Shown piece by piece: positions 58,621 through 59,689 of a stretch of DNA of 59,689 bases; within the stretch, counting starts at the first letter, position 1; each line of letters starts with the position of its first letter. The DNA comes from an uncultured Candidatus Saccharibacteria bacterium (lineage in GTDB: Bacteria; Patescibacteriota; Minisyncoccia; Phycocordibacterales; Phycocordibacteraceae). The notes beneath the pieces are model-generated. The model did not search any database. It was not told the DNA's origin and saw only the letters and a list, made by a program, of their open reading frames with translations. The position numbers were made by a program, and so were the translations under genes. The stretch is taken from positions 1 through 59,689 of the forward strand of contig CAZJKG010000001.1 of NCBI GenBank assembly GCA_964546795.1. Direction: 5' to 3'.

Positions 58621-59689
58621 GGTCGTCACTCGCTTCGCGCCCTCGCCGACCGGCCTCCTGCACGCCGGAAATTACCGGACAGCCGTCTTCGCCTATCTTT
58701 TCGCGAAGCATAGCGGGGGCTCATTCATCCTGCGCATAGAAGATACGGACGCCGAGCGTTCAAGACCCGAATATGAGGAGAATATCCTGGAAGCGCTTGC
58801 ATGGCTGGACTTTCCTTTCGACCGACGCTACCGCCAAAGCGAACACCGGGCGCGACATAAGGAACTCCTGGAAAAACTCATTGCCGCCGACAAGGCCTAT
58901 CTGTCAAAGGAAATACCGAAAAACCCTGGTGATAGGGAAGAGGTTATCCGCTTCAGGAACCCGAAAGGTACCGTTTCTTTCACGGACATTATCCGCGGCG
59001 AGATAACCATGGACGTAAGCGATTTGGGCGATTTCATCATCGCCCGTTCTTTTGACGAACCGGTCTTTCATTTCGCGGTCGTCGTGGATGACGCAGACGA
59101 GAATGTAACGCATGTCATCCGGGGCGAAGAACATATCTCAAATACGCCGCGACAAATACTCATCCAACGTGCGCTCGGCTTCGCTACGCCCGTGTACACT
59201 CACTTGCCGCTCATCCTCGGCAGCGATCGCACCAAACTCTCCAAGCGCAAAGGAGCAAAGGCGCTTACCAAATATCGTGATGAGGGCATACTGCCTCACG
59301 CGATGCTCAATTATCTGGCATTTCTCGGATGGAATCCGGGCGACGAGCGCGAATATCTCTCACGAGATGAACTCATAGCGGCATTTGACCTCGCACAGGT
59401 GCAAAAAGGGAGCGCCATTTTTGACGAAACAAAACTTCTTTCCGTAAACCAGCATTGGATGCGCGAATTGTCGGTTGATGATTTCATCGCACAATTAAAC
59501 ATTGGACATCCGATGTCCAATGTTGACCCTAAGAAGCTTCGGAAAGCTGTTCCGCTTCTCAAGGAACGCGCGCGCACTTTCGGTGAAGCCCGAACAATGC
59601 TTGCGGGAGAATTGGCTTGTCTTTTCAGTGAGCCGGTGCTAAACCGCCAGACACTCCTCGCAAAAGAACCGATGGAACGCCCCGCTGTA
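58610..59689 (+). CDS. gltX: glutamate--tRNA ligase, 5' partial (runs off the window); absent from the ORF track
   Basis: My translation from ATG 58610 reads [31 protein letters not shown]...ILRIEDTD...[16 protein letters not shown]...KLSKRKG. The frame is open for 360 codons to the window end. Confidence 0.9.
   Translation, partial: [360 protein letters not shown]

Noticed and set aside
1-59689. CRISPR arrays, rRNA genes, transposase/IS elements
   Set aside because: I noticed no regularly spaced direct-repeat array, no rRNA-like sequence and no transposase-like ORF. The only recombinase seen is the serine recombinase at 15260.

Overview
The window looks like a segment of a small, gene-dense bacterial genome, possibly Patescibacteria/CPR-like. 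That placement is an inference from the short AlaRS, the archaeal-type AspRS, the many small membrane-anchored hypothetical proteins and the near absence of Shine-Dalgarno sequences. All calls rest on reading the ORF translations and the DNA by eye; no database search was run.

The right two thirds (about 17.0-59.7 kb) is GC-richer core genome:
- mnmA and a DNA-repair/nuclease cluster including ung
- an M16 peptidase pair and alaS
- the infA-rpmJ-rpsM-rpsK-rpsD-rpoA-rplQ and rplM-rpsI operons
- grpE-dnaK-dnaJ
- tyrS plus tRNA-Tyr, then trpS, aspS, pepA and scpAB
- a dac-mraY-ftsW-murG cell-wall cluster and the 5' part of gltX

The left 17 kb is visibly more AT-rich and accessory:
- an ECF sigma factor with Gly-rich secreted proteins and a MacAB-type exporter
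- cupin and TspO genes
- a convergent DNA methyltransferase / 840-aa GHKL (MORC-like) ATPase / 76-aa gene module
- a 5.05-kb integrative element carrying a large serine recombinase, inserted into the first codons of mnmA. Both att junctions can be reconstructed from the sequence.

Other notable signals:
- serial synonymous copies of the rpsI 3' end, marking an integration hot spot. It holds a DUF4258/DUF2283 pair and sits next to a very AT-rich two-gene operon of unknown function.
- a perfect 20-bp palindrome inserted in the same reading frame in both alaS and grpE
- long inverted repeats that bridge stop-to-start intergenic spacers in essential operons
- a promoter architecture that looks leaderless for core genes, contrasting with strong Shine-Dalgarno sites on a handful of accessory genes

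The best candidate for an undescribed system is the methyltransferase + GHKL ATPase + small protein module at 7.7-11.9 kb. The runner-up is the AT-rich TM-protein/81-aa operon at 35.1-36.4 kb.
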